Assembly: GCA_021813325.1 (NCBI GenBank) | Contig: JAKALA010000007.1 | Coordinates: 10,515-74,514 of the forward strand | Length of the DNA: 64,000 bases | Reading direction: 5' to 3' | Source: a bacterium | GTDB taxonomy: Bacteria > Verrucomicrobiota > Verrucomicrobiia > Limisphaerales > UBA11358 | In this document: one piece after another, positions 1 to 9,310 of the stretch | Layout of the letters: every line of letters starts with the position of its first letter | Numbering within the stretch: the stretch's first letter is position 1 | Position numbers and translations under genes: made by a program | The notes under the pieces: generated by a model | What the model saw: the letters and a program-made list of their open reading frames with translations, nothing else | Database searches by the model: none | What the model was told of the DNA's origin: nothing

Positions 1-306
1 CGCGATCACACCTTTGTATCCGATATTTTGGAGGGCGTGATGGCCTGCACCCAAAAGGAATTCGGTTTCGAAATTTTCAACCTGGGCGAATCCCAGGTGA
101 TTCGTCTGGATCAGCTCATTGCGCTGATAGAATCGGCGCTCGGCAAGAAAGCCAGCATCAACCGGCTGCCGCTTCAGCCTGGGGATGTGCCCATCACTTA
201 CGCGGATATTGCCAAGGCGCGGCAGATGCTTGGCTACCAGCCGCAGGTGAAAGCGGAAAAAGGCATTCCGTTATTTATTGATTGGTTTCTCAAAAACCGG
301 CAGTAA
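1..306 (+). CDS. NAD-dependent sugar epimerase/dehydratase (extended SDR), C-terminal fragment; 5' end outside window
   Basis: The frame is open from base 1 to the TAA at 304-306. The peptide FEIFNLGESQVIRLDQLIALIE...LPLQPGDVPITYADIAKARQMLGYQP resembles the conserved C-terminal tail of UDP-sugar 4-epimerase-type SDRs. Confidence 0.7.
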   Translation, partial: RDHTFVSDILEGVMACTQKEFGFEIFNLGESQVIRLDQLIALIESALGKKASINRLPLQPGDVPITYADIAKARQMLGYQPQVKAEKGIPLFIDWFLKNRQ

Positions 307-326
307 TACACCATCAGAACGGTCCT

Positions 327-908
327 ATGACCAACGCGAAATTTACCCGGCCACTGCGCGCCGACGTCCTGACCGCCTGGCGAAATTGCCTTGCCGGCCA
401 TAATCTTCCCACCGCAGTGCATTGGATTTTTGCGGAAAACCTCTGCATTGAACCCTCCCCGGTCACGCCGGGAAGTTTCCGGGTTGGCTTTCAGACCAAG
501 TTCACGCCGCCCTCGGATGATGCGCTGGAAATCGCCTACGACCAGTTCAGCGAAACCGATGCCCGCATGGTGTTTTACCGGCTTGGGTCCAGTCCGCGCG
601 GCTCGGTTTGTATTTTGCTCTGCGACCCGTGGTTTGAGGAGCGTGGCGCCCGCGACGGATTTGAGCGGCACGATCAATGGGGCATTTCCTTCTATCCCGG
701 ACATCCGGGGGAAATCGAGGAAGTCCAGGATTTCCGCCGCTGGTTGCGCCGGGTGCAACGTGACCGGGCATTTCACGATTTTGATTTTGCCATGGCGCTG
801 GCCACCATCGACGAAATCAAAATTCACGGCCGCACCCTGCAACCTTACGAACGCTTTGCGGATAGCATGTTGAATCGGCTGCGCCGCATGTTGGGAAATC
901 CCAATTGA
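327..908 (+). CDS. hypothetical protein (no family recognised)
   Basis: Long ORF (track 282..908) with the first ATG at 327 (MTNAKFTRPLRAD...). The composition looks like ordinary protein. The antisense ORFs 234..842 and 547..771 look like shadow frames. Confidence 0.5.
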   Translation: MTNAKFTRPLRADVLTAWRNCLAGHNLPTAVHWIFAENLCIEPSPVTPGSFRVGFQTKFTPPSDDALEIAYDQFSETDARMVFYRLGSSPRGSVCILLCDPWFEERGARDGFERHDQWGISFYPGHPGEIEEVQDFRRWLRRVQRDRAFHDFDFAMALATIDEIKIHGRTLQPYERFADSMLNRLRRMLGNPN

Positions 909-971
909 TTTACCAGGCGGCGGTGCGTTTTTGGTTCCGTGAATTCTTTCCGCCCTCCATGGCGCCGGGCT

Positions 972-2273
972 TCAGTGATTCGCCGCTTCACGTGGCGATT
1001 TTAACCGTTCCCCGGCAGTGCTGTTGATTTCATTTGTCGCCTTGGTTTTAAAGGCCGAACGAAACAGCCAGTGCCGCTTCAATCCCTGCACAAAATCATC
1101 CGCATCCGTAACCGTCCTGGAAATGCCGCCCAGCATGTTCGAGTTGGATTGCACCTGCGCCTTCAGGTTGCTGGTCATGGCGGCCAGATTTTCCAACGTC
1201 TCGCCGAGGCCGGCGGATAACCGCACCCAATTGGTGTCCAGGTTCAGCGTCAACGAATTCGCATTGGTCAGGGTGCTGGCGAGCTGGAATTCGGAGTTGG
1301 TGCCCAACACCCACAACGCCGGTCCGCCGGGTTCGCGCAATTGATCGCTGATGGCCGCGAAATGCGCCAGCAGCGGCCGGGTGGCAACCACGGTGGCATC
1401 CAGATTGGAAGCGGCTTTCGCCGCGTTGTCCAGCACCGCGTTGAGCCGGTTGGTGAGCGCCAGGATTCCCGGCAGCGCGGTCTGCGCCTGGAACACCATG
1501 GCCTGCAACTGGTCGGAAATGGGCGGGGTCTCCGCCGCGCGCAGCCAGGCGGTGTCCTTGATCTCCGTGAAATTGACGTAGCGCCGCACCCGGTTGTCCC
1601 AGGTCGCCACGATGCGATTGTAATTGACCGTGTTGTCGTAAACAAAAATGCCGTTGGTCGGCAGGTCCATTTGGGCCATCAGGGCGAGATTGGACTCGGT
1701 CAGTATGGTATAGGCGCCGAACACCACGTTGGATTTGGCGTCCAGCAGATCCTGATAAAGCTGCCAGCGGTTGGTTTCGACAGCGACGATCCGCTCCAGT
1801 TCCGGCACGGTTTTCCAACCGCCCGGCTGCGTGACCACGATCGCCGGACCGTTCGTGCCGCGGGTCACCTCAAGCTGGCGTTGATTGAGAAATCCAGCAT
1901 TGTTGATTTGCACATGCGAACCGTCGCGCCAGATGTATCGGAAATAATCCGCATGGTTGTCGGCCCGGATTTCAAAATCCACGCGGACATTGCGTTTGTC
2001 GCCCGGCGGCATCGCGCCAATCCCGGTGATTTGTCCCACCGGAAAACCCATCATGTAAACCGGGTCGCCCACGTTCAATCCCGCCGATGATTGAACGTAA
2101 GTGTGAAACGGCGCCTTGATCTTGAACCAGCCCTTGCGCTCGGCGGAGTGGTAAATATAGCAGCCGAAACCAAACAACAGCAACACCAGGGCCACAAACA
2201 CGAACCAGCCGACAGTCTGTTCCATTTTGTTCAGGCGCGTCCGAAGTTGCGGGGTCAAATCTTGTAAAGGCAT
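972..2273 (-). CDS. MlaD/MCE-family substrate-binding component of the Mla-like ABC system (long form, 433 aa)
   Basis: It has an N-terminal TM helix (VGWFVFVALVLLLFGFGCYIY) followed by an MCE-like segment (LNVGDPVYMMGFPVGQITGI...VRVDFEI). It lies directly downstream of the MlaE-like and MlaF-like genes on the same strand. Confidence 0.7.
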   Translation of the reverse strand: MPLQDLTPQLRTRLNKMEQTVGWFVFVALVLLLFGFGCYIYHSAERKGWFKIKAPFHTYVQSSAGLNVGDPVYMMGFPVGQITGIGAMPPGDKRNVRVDFEIRADNHADYFRYIWRDGSHVQINNAGFLNQRQLEVTRGTNGPAIVVTQPGGWKTVPELERIVAVETNRWQLYQDLLDAKSNVVFGAYTILTESNLALMAQMDLPTNGIFVYDNTVNYNRIVATWDNRVRRYVNFTEIKDTAWLRAAETPPISDQLQAMVFQAQTALPGILALTNRLNAVLDNAAKAASNLDATVVATRPLLAHFAAISDQLREPGGPALWVLGTNSEFQLASTLTNANSLTLNLDTNWVRLSAGLGETLENLAAMTSNLKAQVQSNSNMLGGISRTVTDADDFVQGLKRHWLFRSAFKTKATNEINSTAGERLKSPREAANH

Positions 2274-2285
2274 AAAATAGTCTCG

Positions 2286-3071
2286 TCAGGTGATCGTTGC
2301 CATCGGCTCCGCCAGCAAGTCTTTCACCGCATGATGCGTGGCCGATTCCACATCGCCCCAGGCGCCCAGCGCGGCGAAAGTTTTTTTGTCCAGCATCGCA
2401 AATTTACGACGGGGATGTTGCCAGGCGCGCAAATCATCCGTCGCCACCACCACCGTGGCCGGCCGTCCGCCAAACCAGTCGTGCCCGCGCCAGAACTGGT
2501 CAAGAAAACACAGCAACCACTGGCGATGACGCGCGCTCAAGCCCACCAGCGGATTGTCCAGCAGCAGCAGATCCGGCTTCAAGATCAAGGCTCTGGCCAG
2601 CGCCGCGCGCTGTCGCCAGTTGGCCGCAAGCGTTGAAGGCGTGGCCCCGGCAAAGGGAGTCAATTCCAGCAAATCCAACAACTCTGCCACCTCTTTCGCC
2701 GCCGCCGCCATGGCAAAACCCTGGTGATATTGCAACGGGAGGGCGACGTTTTCCTCAATCGTAAGCTGGTTAAACAATCGTCCGCCCGTAAAAACAAAAC
2801 CCACCCGTAGCCGTTCGTCCAGTTGGGTTTCATCGAAACGGGCCGTTTCCACGCCAAAGGTGCGGCAGGTGCCACGCGCCGGCGCAATCAGCCCCGCGGC
2901 ATGCATCAGCAAATCGCTCTTCCCGGAATGTTGTTGGCCGCCGATCACCCAAAATTCGCCGGACGCCACCGTCCAATTCACGTCCTCCACCGCCACGAGC
3001 AAGGTATCGCGCAGCGCCACCACATCGGCTCCCGCCATTTCAATGACGTTTGCGGAAATATTCGCGTTCAT
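2286..3071 (-). CDS. MlaF-like ABC ATPase with degenerate catalytic motifs
   Basis: The ABC fold is recognisable. Walker A is present as GGQQHSGKS. The signature reads LAANWRQRAALARAL instead of LSGG, Walker B reads LLLLDNP (Asn in place of the catalytic Glu), and the H-loop reads VVVATDD. The start was chosen at the ATG at 3071 (MNANISAN), which makes a 4-nt overlap with the upstream permease stop. Confidence 0.75.
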   Translation of the reverse strand: MNANISANVIEMAGADVVALRDTLLVAVEDVNWTVASGEFWVIGGQQHSGKSDLLMHAAGLIAPARGTCRTFGVETARFDETQLDERLRVGFVFTGGRLFNQLTIEENVALPLQYHQGFAMAAAAKEVAELLDLLELTPFAGATPSTLAANWRQRAALARALILKPDLLLLDNPLVGLSARHRQWLLCFLDQFWRGHDWFGGRPATVVVATDDLRAWQHPRRKFAMLDKKTFAALGAWGDVESATHHAVKDLLAEPMATIT

Positions 3072-3928
3072 GTCACGAGATAAAGCACAATGAACAAGGC
3101 ATCGACCAGCACACAAACCAGAATTCCCTGGGTCACCGCCCGCACCGCCACCCGCGATACATCTTCCAATCGCAATGGCTGGGCCAGACCGTGATAACAG
3201 GTCACAATCGCGATAAAAAAGCCGAACGAAACCGTCTTCAACGCCAGCAAGGCAAAATCCAGCCAGTCGAGCGCTTCCGCGATTTGTTTCAGGTAATCAC
3301 GCGGAGTCAGCGCCACGTCCTGCATAAACGCAAACAAGTAACCGCTGACAAGCGCGCCCAAAATCAGATAAACCGTCAATCCAAATATGCCCAGGGCCAT
3401 TCCCACCACGCGCGGCAAAATCAGATAATGCACCGGGTCGATTCCCAATGCCTCCAACGCCTCCACTTCGCCCAGCGCCCGGGCCGTGCCCAATTCGATC
3501 ACGTTGGCTGTTCCCACCCGGGTTAAAACCAGCGTGGCGGCCAGCAGTGGTCCCAACTCACGAACGATCACGATGACCATGGTTGATCCCAAATAACCTG
3601 TAGCCCCGACTTTGGCCAAGGCCGAAACCGTCTGGCCCACCACGAGAAAGCCCAGTGCCAGCGCCACAAACAGGAACATCGGCAGCAGCGCCACGCCGCT
3701 CCGGAAAATCTCCTGAAGCATTCGCGGACGCACCACGCCACGAGCCGTCCCAAACTTTTTCAACGCCACCGCCAGCGTGATCAGCGCAAACGCCCCCTGA
3801 CCTTGCAAGGTCAGCAAAGCCCGGAACAGTTTTCGCCGCAGGAAATTTGCCGAAGATTTGGGCAATGGCACATGGCGATACACCTGGGTGTTCGCCAGTT
3901 CAAACGCCTTGGCCAATTTTCCGCGCAC
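3068..3928 (-). CDS. MlaE-family ABC transporter permease
   Basis: Multi-TM protein with the typical MlaE segments (GATGYLGSTMVIVIVRELGPLLAA, ALGIDPVHYLILPRVVGMAL). GTG start at 3928. Confidence 0.85.
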   Translation of the reverse strand: MRGKLAKAFELANTQVYRHVPLPKSSANFLRRKLFRALLTLQGQGAFALITLAVALKKFGTARGVVRPRMLQEIFRSGVALLPMFLFVALALGFLVVGQTVSALAKVGATGYLGSTMVIVIVRELGPLLAATLVLTRVGTANVIELGTARALGEVEALEALGIDPVHYLILPRVVGMALGIFGLTVYLILGALVSGYLFAFMQDVALTPRDYLKQIAEALDWLDFALLALKTVSFGFFIAIVTCYHGLAQPLRLEDVSRVAVRAVTQGILVCVLVDALFIVLYLVT

Positions 3929-3978
3929 AAGAAAAGCGTAGATTTACAACCCCGATCGGTCAAAAAAGAATTTCGCCC

Positions 3979-4356
3979 TTAACCGGGCGAATCGACTTCT
4001 GTGATCACCGTATCCTCATGCTCATAAGCCGGCGCGCAGCAGCACAGGAGGCGCAGCACTTCATTGCCGGTGTTCCACAGCTTATGTTTCTGGCCGCGCG
4101 GGATGGCAATGGCATCTCCCGGTTTCACTTCACGCAACTCGCCATCAATCCGCATTTTGCCGGTGCCGTGAGTGATGTAATAAATTTCCTCAGCCTGCGA
4201 ATGGTAATGCTCCTGCGTGCTGCCCCCGACCGGCAACCGGGCCTCGGCCAGGCTTTGATTGCGAATGGCCGAGTTGCGATGCGCCAGAAGCTCGCGGATT
4301 TCTGATCCGTCCTTGGTAATGAACGGAACAACTTCGTTAAGATTTTTGACGTCCAT
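3979..4356 (-). CDS. cupin domain protein
   Basis: 125 aa with cupin motifs: G..TQEHYHSQAEEIYYITHGTG and PGDAIAIPRGQKHKLWN. Confidence 0.8.
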   Translation of the reverse strand: MDVKNLNEVVPFITKDGSEIRELLAHRNSAIRNQSLAEARLPVGGSTQEHYHSQAEEIYYITHGTGKMRIDGELREVKPGDAIAIPRGQKHKLWNTGNEVLRLLCCCAPAYEHEDTVITEVDSPG

Positions 4357-4368
4357 AAATGCTTTGAT

Positions 4369-5286
4369 TTAAAAACTCTCCGGCACGCGAAAAATTCGCG
4401 ACCAATCCATCTGGCCCATCAGCACCCCAACAATAATCAGAATCATCGCCGTGCAAAATGTGGGCGTAATCGGTTCGCCCAGGGTGAAATGAACCCAGGT
4501 GGCGGTCGAGAGCGGAATGAAGTTGTTGAACAACATCACCTGGCTCGTGCGCCAATGACGGAGCGCGGAATTCCACAGCGCATACGGAATCACTCCGCCG
4601 AAGAAAATACAAAACGCCTGCACGCCCAAATGCGGCGAATCCAACACCAGTCCCTGCTTGGCAACCTCAAAAATCCCCAGCGGCAGCAGCCAGACTCCGG
4701 ACATCCACATGGAATGCGCCGCCACCTCAACGCCGGCAACCCGCTGACTCAACATGCGGGCTTGCCAACTGTAATTCGCCCACAACAAGCTGGCGCCGAG
4801 ACCAAATAATTCGCCCAGCAAACTTGCTTTGGCTGTGTGCAGCGCCGGCCAGAACAGCACCACCACGCCGGTGACCGCCAGCAAGGCGGCCGAGTAACGG
4901 CGCAGACTGGACAAGTTGAACCGGGGACGTTCCTCCGCCAGCAAAACCCAGATGGGGGAAGCCCCCAAATACAGCGCCACGTGCGACGCCGCCGTCAACT
5001 TAAGCGCCCAGCAAAAGGTAACGATGTAGGCCGCCAACGCCAGTCCGCCCCGCCACCACAACAGGCGGTAAAGGGGGCTGGTCAATGGCTGAAATTCTCC
5101 GAGCAGCCGGGTAAATCGCAAAATCAACAGCAGCACAATGCCCGCCACCAAAAAACGCACGCAACCGGTCCAAACGGGTGGCCAGGAGGCCACCAGCCAT
5201 TTGGTGCCGGCGTTGTTGCCGCCCCACAAAAAGACGGTGAAGAGCAATCCGCCGGCAATGATTGAATTATTCTTTTTATCCGACAC
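4369..5286 (-). CDS. EamA/DMT-family transporter
   Basis: 305 aa with about 10 predicted TM helices arranged as two EamA-like halves. GTG start. Confidence 0.8.
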   Translation of the reverse strand: MSDKKNNSIIAGGLLFTVFLWGGNNAGTKWLVASWPPVWTGCVRFLVAGIVLLLILRFTRLLGEFQPLTSPLYRLLWWRGGLALAAYIVTFCWALKLTAASHVALYLGASPIWVLLAEERPRFNLSSLRRYSAALLAVTGVVVLFWPALHTAKASLLGELFGLGASLLWANYSWQARMLSQRVAGVEVAAHSMWMSGVWLLPLGIFEVAKQGLVLDSPHLGVQAFCIFFGGVIPYALWNSALRHWRTSQVMLFNNFIPLSTATWVHFTLGEPITPTFCTAMILIIVGVLMGQMDWSRIFRVPESF

Positions 5287-5439
5287 GCGGCGAAATTAAG
5301 CCAAATGACGTCACTTGCGAATGAAATTCCGATGGAGGCGATCTGTTTTAAACCAGAAATTAATCAAGTCGCGAATTGAACCGAGTGAAGCCAAAAACAA
5401 AATTAACTGCGATTGACACCCTTGCCCCGTTAACGAAAA

Positions 5440-7305
5440 ATGTCCATTCATATGGCCGAACCAAAAGAAAATTTGCAGATGGAAAAAATCGTGTCGCTGT
5501 GCAAGCGGCGCGGTTTTGTGTTTCAGTCGTCCGAAATTTACGGCGGCATCAACGGCTTTTGGGATTACGGTCCGCTCGGCGCCGAGCTTAAACGCAACGT
5601 CAAGGAACTCTGGTGGAACGCCATTGTCCGCCGGCGCGAAGACGTTGCCGGCCTCGAAGCCACCATCATCATGTCGCCCGCCATCTGGAAGGCTTCCGGC
5701 CACGTGGACACGTTCAGCGATCCGATGTGCAGTTGCAAGGCTTGCAAAAAGCTCATCCGCGAGGATCAATGGTGGCCGATGATGTGTGAACAGCCATGGG
5801 TGCAATCGCTCGCTGCCATCGTCGCACCAGGCACGAATGAATTGCGTGGTGAGGAGTTGTTGAAGTGGGCAAAAACCAAGGGCAAGAGTTTCGCGCCAAA
5901 TCTCGCGCTGGTCAAGAATCCCGAAGTCACGCTTTCGTGGATGGCCGAGGACGTTGCGAAAGGAAAATATCCAGCAAATGCGGAGGAATATTATTCTTAT
6001 CTCGCTACCGAGCAGCGTGGCGTCACTGGTCTGGTGAAACCCTGTCCGCATTGCGGTGGCGAGTTAACCGAACCGCGGCCATTCAACTTGATGTTCAAAA
6101 CACACACCGGCCCGATCGAGTCAGAAGAAAACATCGCCTATCTCCGCCCCGAAACCGCGCAGGCGATTTTCGCACAGTTCAAGAACGTGCTCGAAACCTC
6201 GCGCCAGAAAGTGCCGTTCGGCATCGGCCAGATCGGCAAGGCGTTCCGCAACGAAATCACACCGCGCAACTACACGTTCCGCTCGCGCGAATTCGAGCAG
6301 ATGGAATTGGAATTTTTCATCAAGCCGGACGAGGCGATTGAAGCCATTCACGGTTCGGTCGCTACGGTTTCCGAAGCTGGTCATCCGGGCGAACCGCAGC
6401 CGAACTGGGGCTGGCAGGCTTGGCACCAATATTGGGTCGAGGAACGCGTGCGCTTCTACGAAGGCATCGGCCTCTCGCGCGAGACGTTGGGTTTTCATCG
6501 CCAGACGGCGGAGGAGCTGGCGCATTACGCCCGGGCCTGCGTGGATATTTTGTTCAAGTTCCCGTTCAGCAAACGCGACGAAAACGGCGAGCTGAAGGGC
6601 GAGGAACTGGAAGGCATTGCCGCGCGCAGTGATTTTGACTTGTCGCAGCACCAAAGATTTTCGGGCAAACCGATGAGTGTGTTCGACGACGAACTGCGCA
6701 ATGCGTGGAACAAATTGCCGAAAGAAAAACAGGATGACCTGTGGCGCCGCTACTACGAGAACCGCAAACGCTATTTGGAAAAATCCGGCGTCGAAGCCGA
6801 GCCGGCGCAGAAACAGGCGACCGAAGACGCAAACGGTCTGGCCAAGGGAAATTACATCCCGCACGTCATCGAGCCGTCGGCGGGCGTGGATCGTTTGATT
6901 CTCGCGCTCATCACGAACGCGTATTCTGAAACGGTAAAGACGGACGATAAGGGCAAGAACGAGACGATTTACCTGATGAAGTTCCATCCGCGCGTGGCTC
7001 CGATCAAAGTCGGCGTGCTGCCGCTGTTGAAGAACAAGCCCGATCTCGTGAAGAAGGCGCTGGAAGTGCGCGACCTGCTGCGTCCGTGGATGAATGTCTA
7101 TTACGACGACGGCGGCAGCATTGGCAAACGCTACGCGCGCCAGGACGAAGCCGGCACGCCGTTTTGTGTGACCATTGACTTCGACACGCTCGGTGAAAAA
7201 ACGGAACTGCTCGACACCGTGACGTTGCGTTACCGCGACGACGGCCAGCAGGAACGGCTCAAGATTTCCGAGTTGCGCGATTGGTTGCTGGCGAGAATCC
7301 GGTAA
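5440..7305 (+). CDS. glyQS: glycine--tRNA ligase (homodimeric GlyQS type), unusually long
   Basis: Motifs: MEKIVSLCKRRGFVFQSSEIYGGINGFWDYGPLG, FNLMFKT, FRNEITPRN.TFRSREFEQMELEFF, IEPSAGVDRL, and an anticodon-binding C-terminus. Alternative starts lie at 5452 and 5479. Confidence 0.95.
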   Translation: MSIHMAEPKENLQMEKIVSLCKRRGFVFQSSEIYGGINGFWDYGPLGAELKRNVKELWWNAIVRRREDVAGLEATIIMSPAIWKASGHVDTFSDPMCSCKACKKLIREDQWWPMMCEQPWVQSLAAIVAPGTNELRGEELLKWAKTKGKSFAPNLALVKNPEVTLSWMAEDVAKGKYPANAEEYYSYLATEQRGVTGLVKPCPHCGGELTEPRPFNLMFKTHTGPIESEENIAYLRPETAQAIFAQFKNVLETSRQKVPFGIGQIGKAFRNEITPRNYTFRSREFEQMELEFFIKPDEAIEAIHGSVATVSEAGHPGEPQPNWGWQAWHQYWVEERVRFYEGIGLSRETLGFHRQTAEELAHYARACVDILFKFPFSKRDENGELKGEELEGIAARSDFDLSQHQRFSGKPMSVFDDELRNAWNKLPKEKQDDLWRRYYENRKRYLEKSGVEAEPAQKQATEDANGLAKGNYIPHVIEPSAGVDRLILALITNAYSETVKTDDKGKNETIYLMKFHPRVAPIKVGVLPLLKNKPDLVKKALEVRDLLRPWMNVYYDDGGSIGKRYARQDEAGTPFCVTIDFDTLGEKTELLDTVTLRYRDDGQQERLKISELRDWLLARIR

Positions 7306-7322
7306 TCTGCTAGATTGTGGCC

Positions 7323-8309
7323 ATGAGTCAGCCAACGCGCATTTCCTATGTCATCATGGCGGTGCTGTTGGTGCTCATTGGCTGTTTTCACCTGGGAACG
7401 CTGATGTTGACGGCGTTTTTTGGTTTCTTTGCGCTCCAAGTGTTCAGCCTGGGCCGAAGCCGGTTACTTGGCATTATGGTGTATATCATCGCCGTGATGG
7501 CGCTGGCGGGCGGCATGATCTATTTTGGCAAACAGGCGTATCACACAGTTCCCACGATCATTGAACAATCCATTCCGGCAATCACGCAGTTTGCGCAGAA
7601 ACATGGCATCGAACTGCCGTTCACGGATTATGAAAGCCTCAAGGTGCTGGCCTTGGACGAGGTGAAACAGGATGTGGTTGGCGCGGGAAGACACGCGCGC
7701 GAAGCCGGCTTCAAGCTGGTGCAACTCGTCATTGGCCTGGTGGTGGCGGCCAGCATGTTTCTCAGCGCGAAGTGGGGCAGCGAAAACGATCCGGGCACGT
7801 CCAGCGACAGCCTTTACGCGACCGTTGTGCGCGAATTGAGCCTGCGTTTTCAGACCTTTTTCCGGAGCTTTTCCAAGGTCATTGGCGCCCAGATCATCAT
7901 CTCCGCCATCAACACGGCGCTGACGGCGGCCTTTGTGGTTTGGAACGATTTTCGCTTCGCGCCCGTGCTGATCATGATGACCTTTTTGTGCGGCCTGCTG
8001 CCGATCATTGGCAACATCATCAGCAACACCCTGATCATCGGCGTGGCGTTTACGATTCCGGAAACGGGGCCGCGGATGGCTCTGATTGCCCTGATCTTTC
8101 TGATTATCATTCACAAGCTGGAATATTTTCTGAACAGCAAGATCATCGGCGACCGCATTAAAAACCCCATGTGGCTGACCTTGATCGGCTTGGTGCTGGG
8201 AGAAAAATTGATGGGCGTGCCGGGTTTGATTCTCGCGCCAGTGGTGCTGCACTACATCAAGGTGGAAGCCTCGCAGAACAAAGTTTCGCCTGGCAATGCT
8301 CCGGGCTGA
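7323..8309 (+). CDS. AI-2E (PerM/UPF0118) family transporter
   Basis: Multi-TM protein with a conserved C-terminal region (FLCGLLPIIGNIISN, KLMGVPGLILAPVV). The ATG at 7323 is preferred over the GTG at 7317. Confidence 0.75.
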   Translation: MSQPTRISYVIMAVLLVLIGCFHLGTLMLTAFFGFFALQVFSLGRSRLLGIMVYIIAVMALAGGMIYFGKQAYHTVPTIIEQSIPAITQFAQKHGIELPFTDYESLKVLALDEVKQDVVGAGRHAREAGFKLVQLVIGLVVAASMFLSAKWGSENDPGTSSDSLYATVVRELSLRFQTFFRSFSKVIGAQIIISAINTALTAAFVVWNDFRFAPVLIMMTFLCGLLPIIGNIISNTLIIGVAFTIPETGPRMALIALIFLIIIHKLEYFLNSKIIGDRIKNPMWLTLIGLVLGEKLMGVPGLILAPVVLHYIKVEASQNKVSPGNAPG

Positions 8310-8318
8310 TCCGGCGTT

Positions 8319-8849
8319 ATGGCCGCCACGTCTCCAAAACCGGAATCCCAACCCAAGCAGGCGCCCACACTATATCTCATTGCCAGCATCAAGGTGGGCA
8401 AAGGTTTGTTGTTGCTGCTGGCGGCCCTGGGAATTTTTTCGCTGGCGGGTCATGATCTTCAGGACTCCTTCGAACGATTCGTGCGCTGGCTCGGTCTCGA
8501 CCCGGAACGACGTTTTTTTTCGAACATCGGCGACTGGCTGGAAACCATCACCCCGGCAAACGTCAAATTCATCGCCTCCGGCACGTTCATTTATGGCTTG
8601 TTTTTATCGGCCGGCGGGATTGGCCTGGCTTTGCGCGCGGCCTGGGCCATCTGGCTCGCCATCGGCGAATCCGCCTTTTTTGTCCCGATTGAAATTTTTG
8701 AACTGGCGCGACACCACGCATCACGGGCGGATACGCATGGTGCCTTTTCACACTCAAAGCTGGCGCTGGCAGCGCTACTGGCGGTCAATGTCTTCGTCGT
8801 CTGGTATCTTTACCGGAACCGGGGGCGACTATTTCGCCACCACCACTGA
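8319..8849 (+). CDS. DUF2127-like membrane protein
   Basis: 176 aa with 4 TM helices. IASIKVGKGLLLLLAALGIFSL and FFVPIEIFEL resemble DUF2127 family members. Confidence 0.6.
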   Translation: MAATSPKPESQPKQAPTLYLIASIKVGKGLLLLLAALGIFSLAGHDLQDSFERFVRWLGLDPERRFFSNIGDWLETITPANVKFIASGTFIYGLFLSAGGIGLALRAAWAIWLAIGESAFFVPIEIFELARHHASRADTHGAFSHSKLALAALLAVNVFVVWYLYRNRGRLFRHHH

Positions 8850-8911
8850 AGCCAAGATTTGCGGTCGCGAATCATTACCATTACAGTCGCACCTAAAATT
8901 ATCTTTCAACC

Positions 8912-9280
8912 ATGGACCACTCCCCCGGATTTTTGAAAATTGTTGCGGCCGCCAAGCAGCGCGTGAGCGAAATCAGCGTGGCTGAAGCGCGCGCCAAACT
9001 GGCCGCCGATTCCAAAGCCGTTTTGCTGGACGTCCGCGAAGATCATGAATGGCAAAACGGCCATGCGGGCAAAGCCGTGCATTTGAGCAAAGGCATTTTT
9101 GAACGGGACTTGGAAAAAACTTTCCCCGATCCAAACACCGAATTGATCATGTATTGCGGCGGCGGCTACCGCTCGGCGCTGACGTGTGAAGCGGCCCAGA
9201 AGATGGGATACAAAAACGTCCACTCCGTGATCGGCGGCTACAAGGGCATGGTCGCCGCCGGCTGGCCGATGACCAAATAA
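8912..9280 (+). CDS. rhodanese-domain sulfurtransferase
   Basis: LLDVREDHEWQNGH and the active-site loop YCGGGYRS. Confidence 0.85.
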   Translation: MDHSPGFLKIVAAAKQRVSEISVAEARAKLAADSKAVLLDVREDHEWQNGHAGKAVHLSKGIFERDLEKTFPDPNTELIMYCGGGYRSALTCEAAQKMGYKNVHSVIGGYKGMVAAGWPMTK

Positions 9281-9310
9281 TCGTCCGCAAGTCCAAAGCG
9301 GCGGTCGCGG

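Noticed and set aside
5287-5439. Leader regions of glyQS (5287-5439) and pheS (14540-14618), checked for T-box or attenuator structures
   Set aside because: No specifier-loop or T-box consensus (AGGGUGGNACCGCG-like) and no terminator/antiterminator pair are visible. The pheS leader is only about 80 nt long.
6121-7335. 404-aa minus-strand ORF antisense to glyQS. Other long antisense ORFs of the same kind:
- 1341..2090 (+)
- 11927..13513 (+)
- 21918..23624 (-)
- 26085..27152 (+)
- 31009..32070 (+)
- 33516..34952 (-)
- 39403..40590 (+)
- 44954..46210 (+)
- 47840..48907 (+)
- 52267..53292 (+)
- 56181..56861 (+)
   Set aside because: Each lies entirely opposite a gene with strong, motif-level family support. 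Their translations are Arg/Gly/His/Ala-rich with no recognisable motifs, as is typical of shadow frames in GC-rich DNA.
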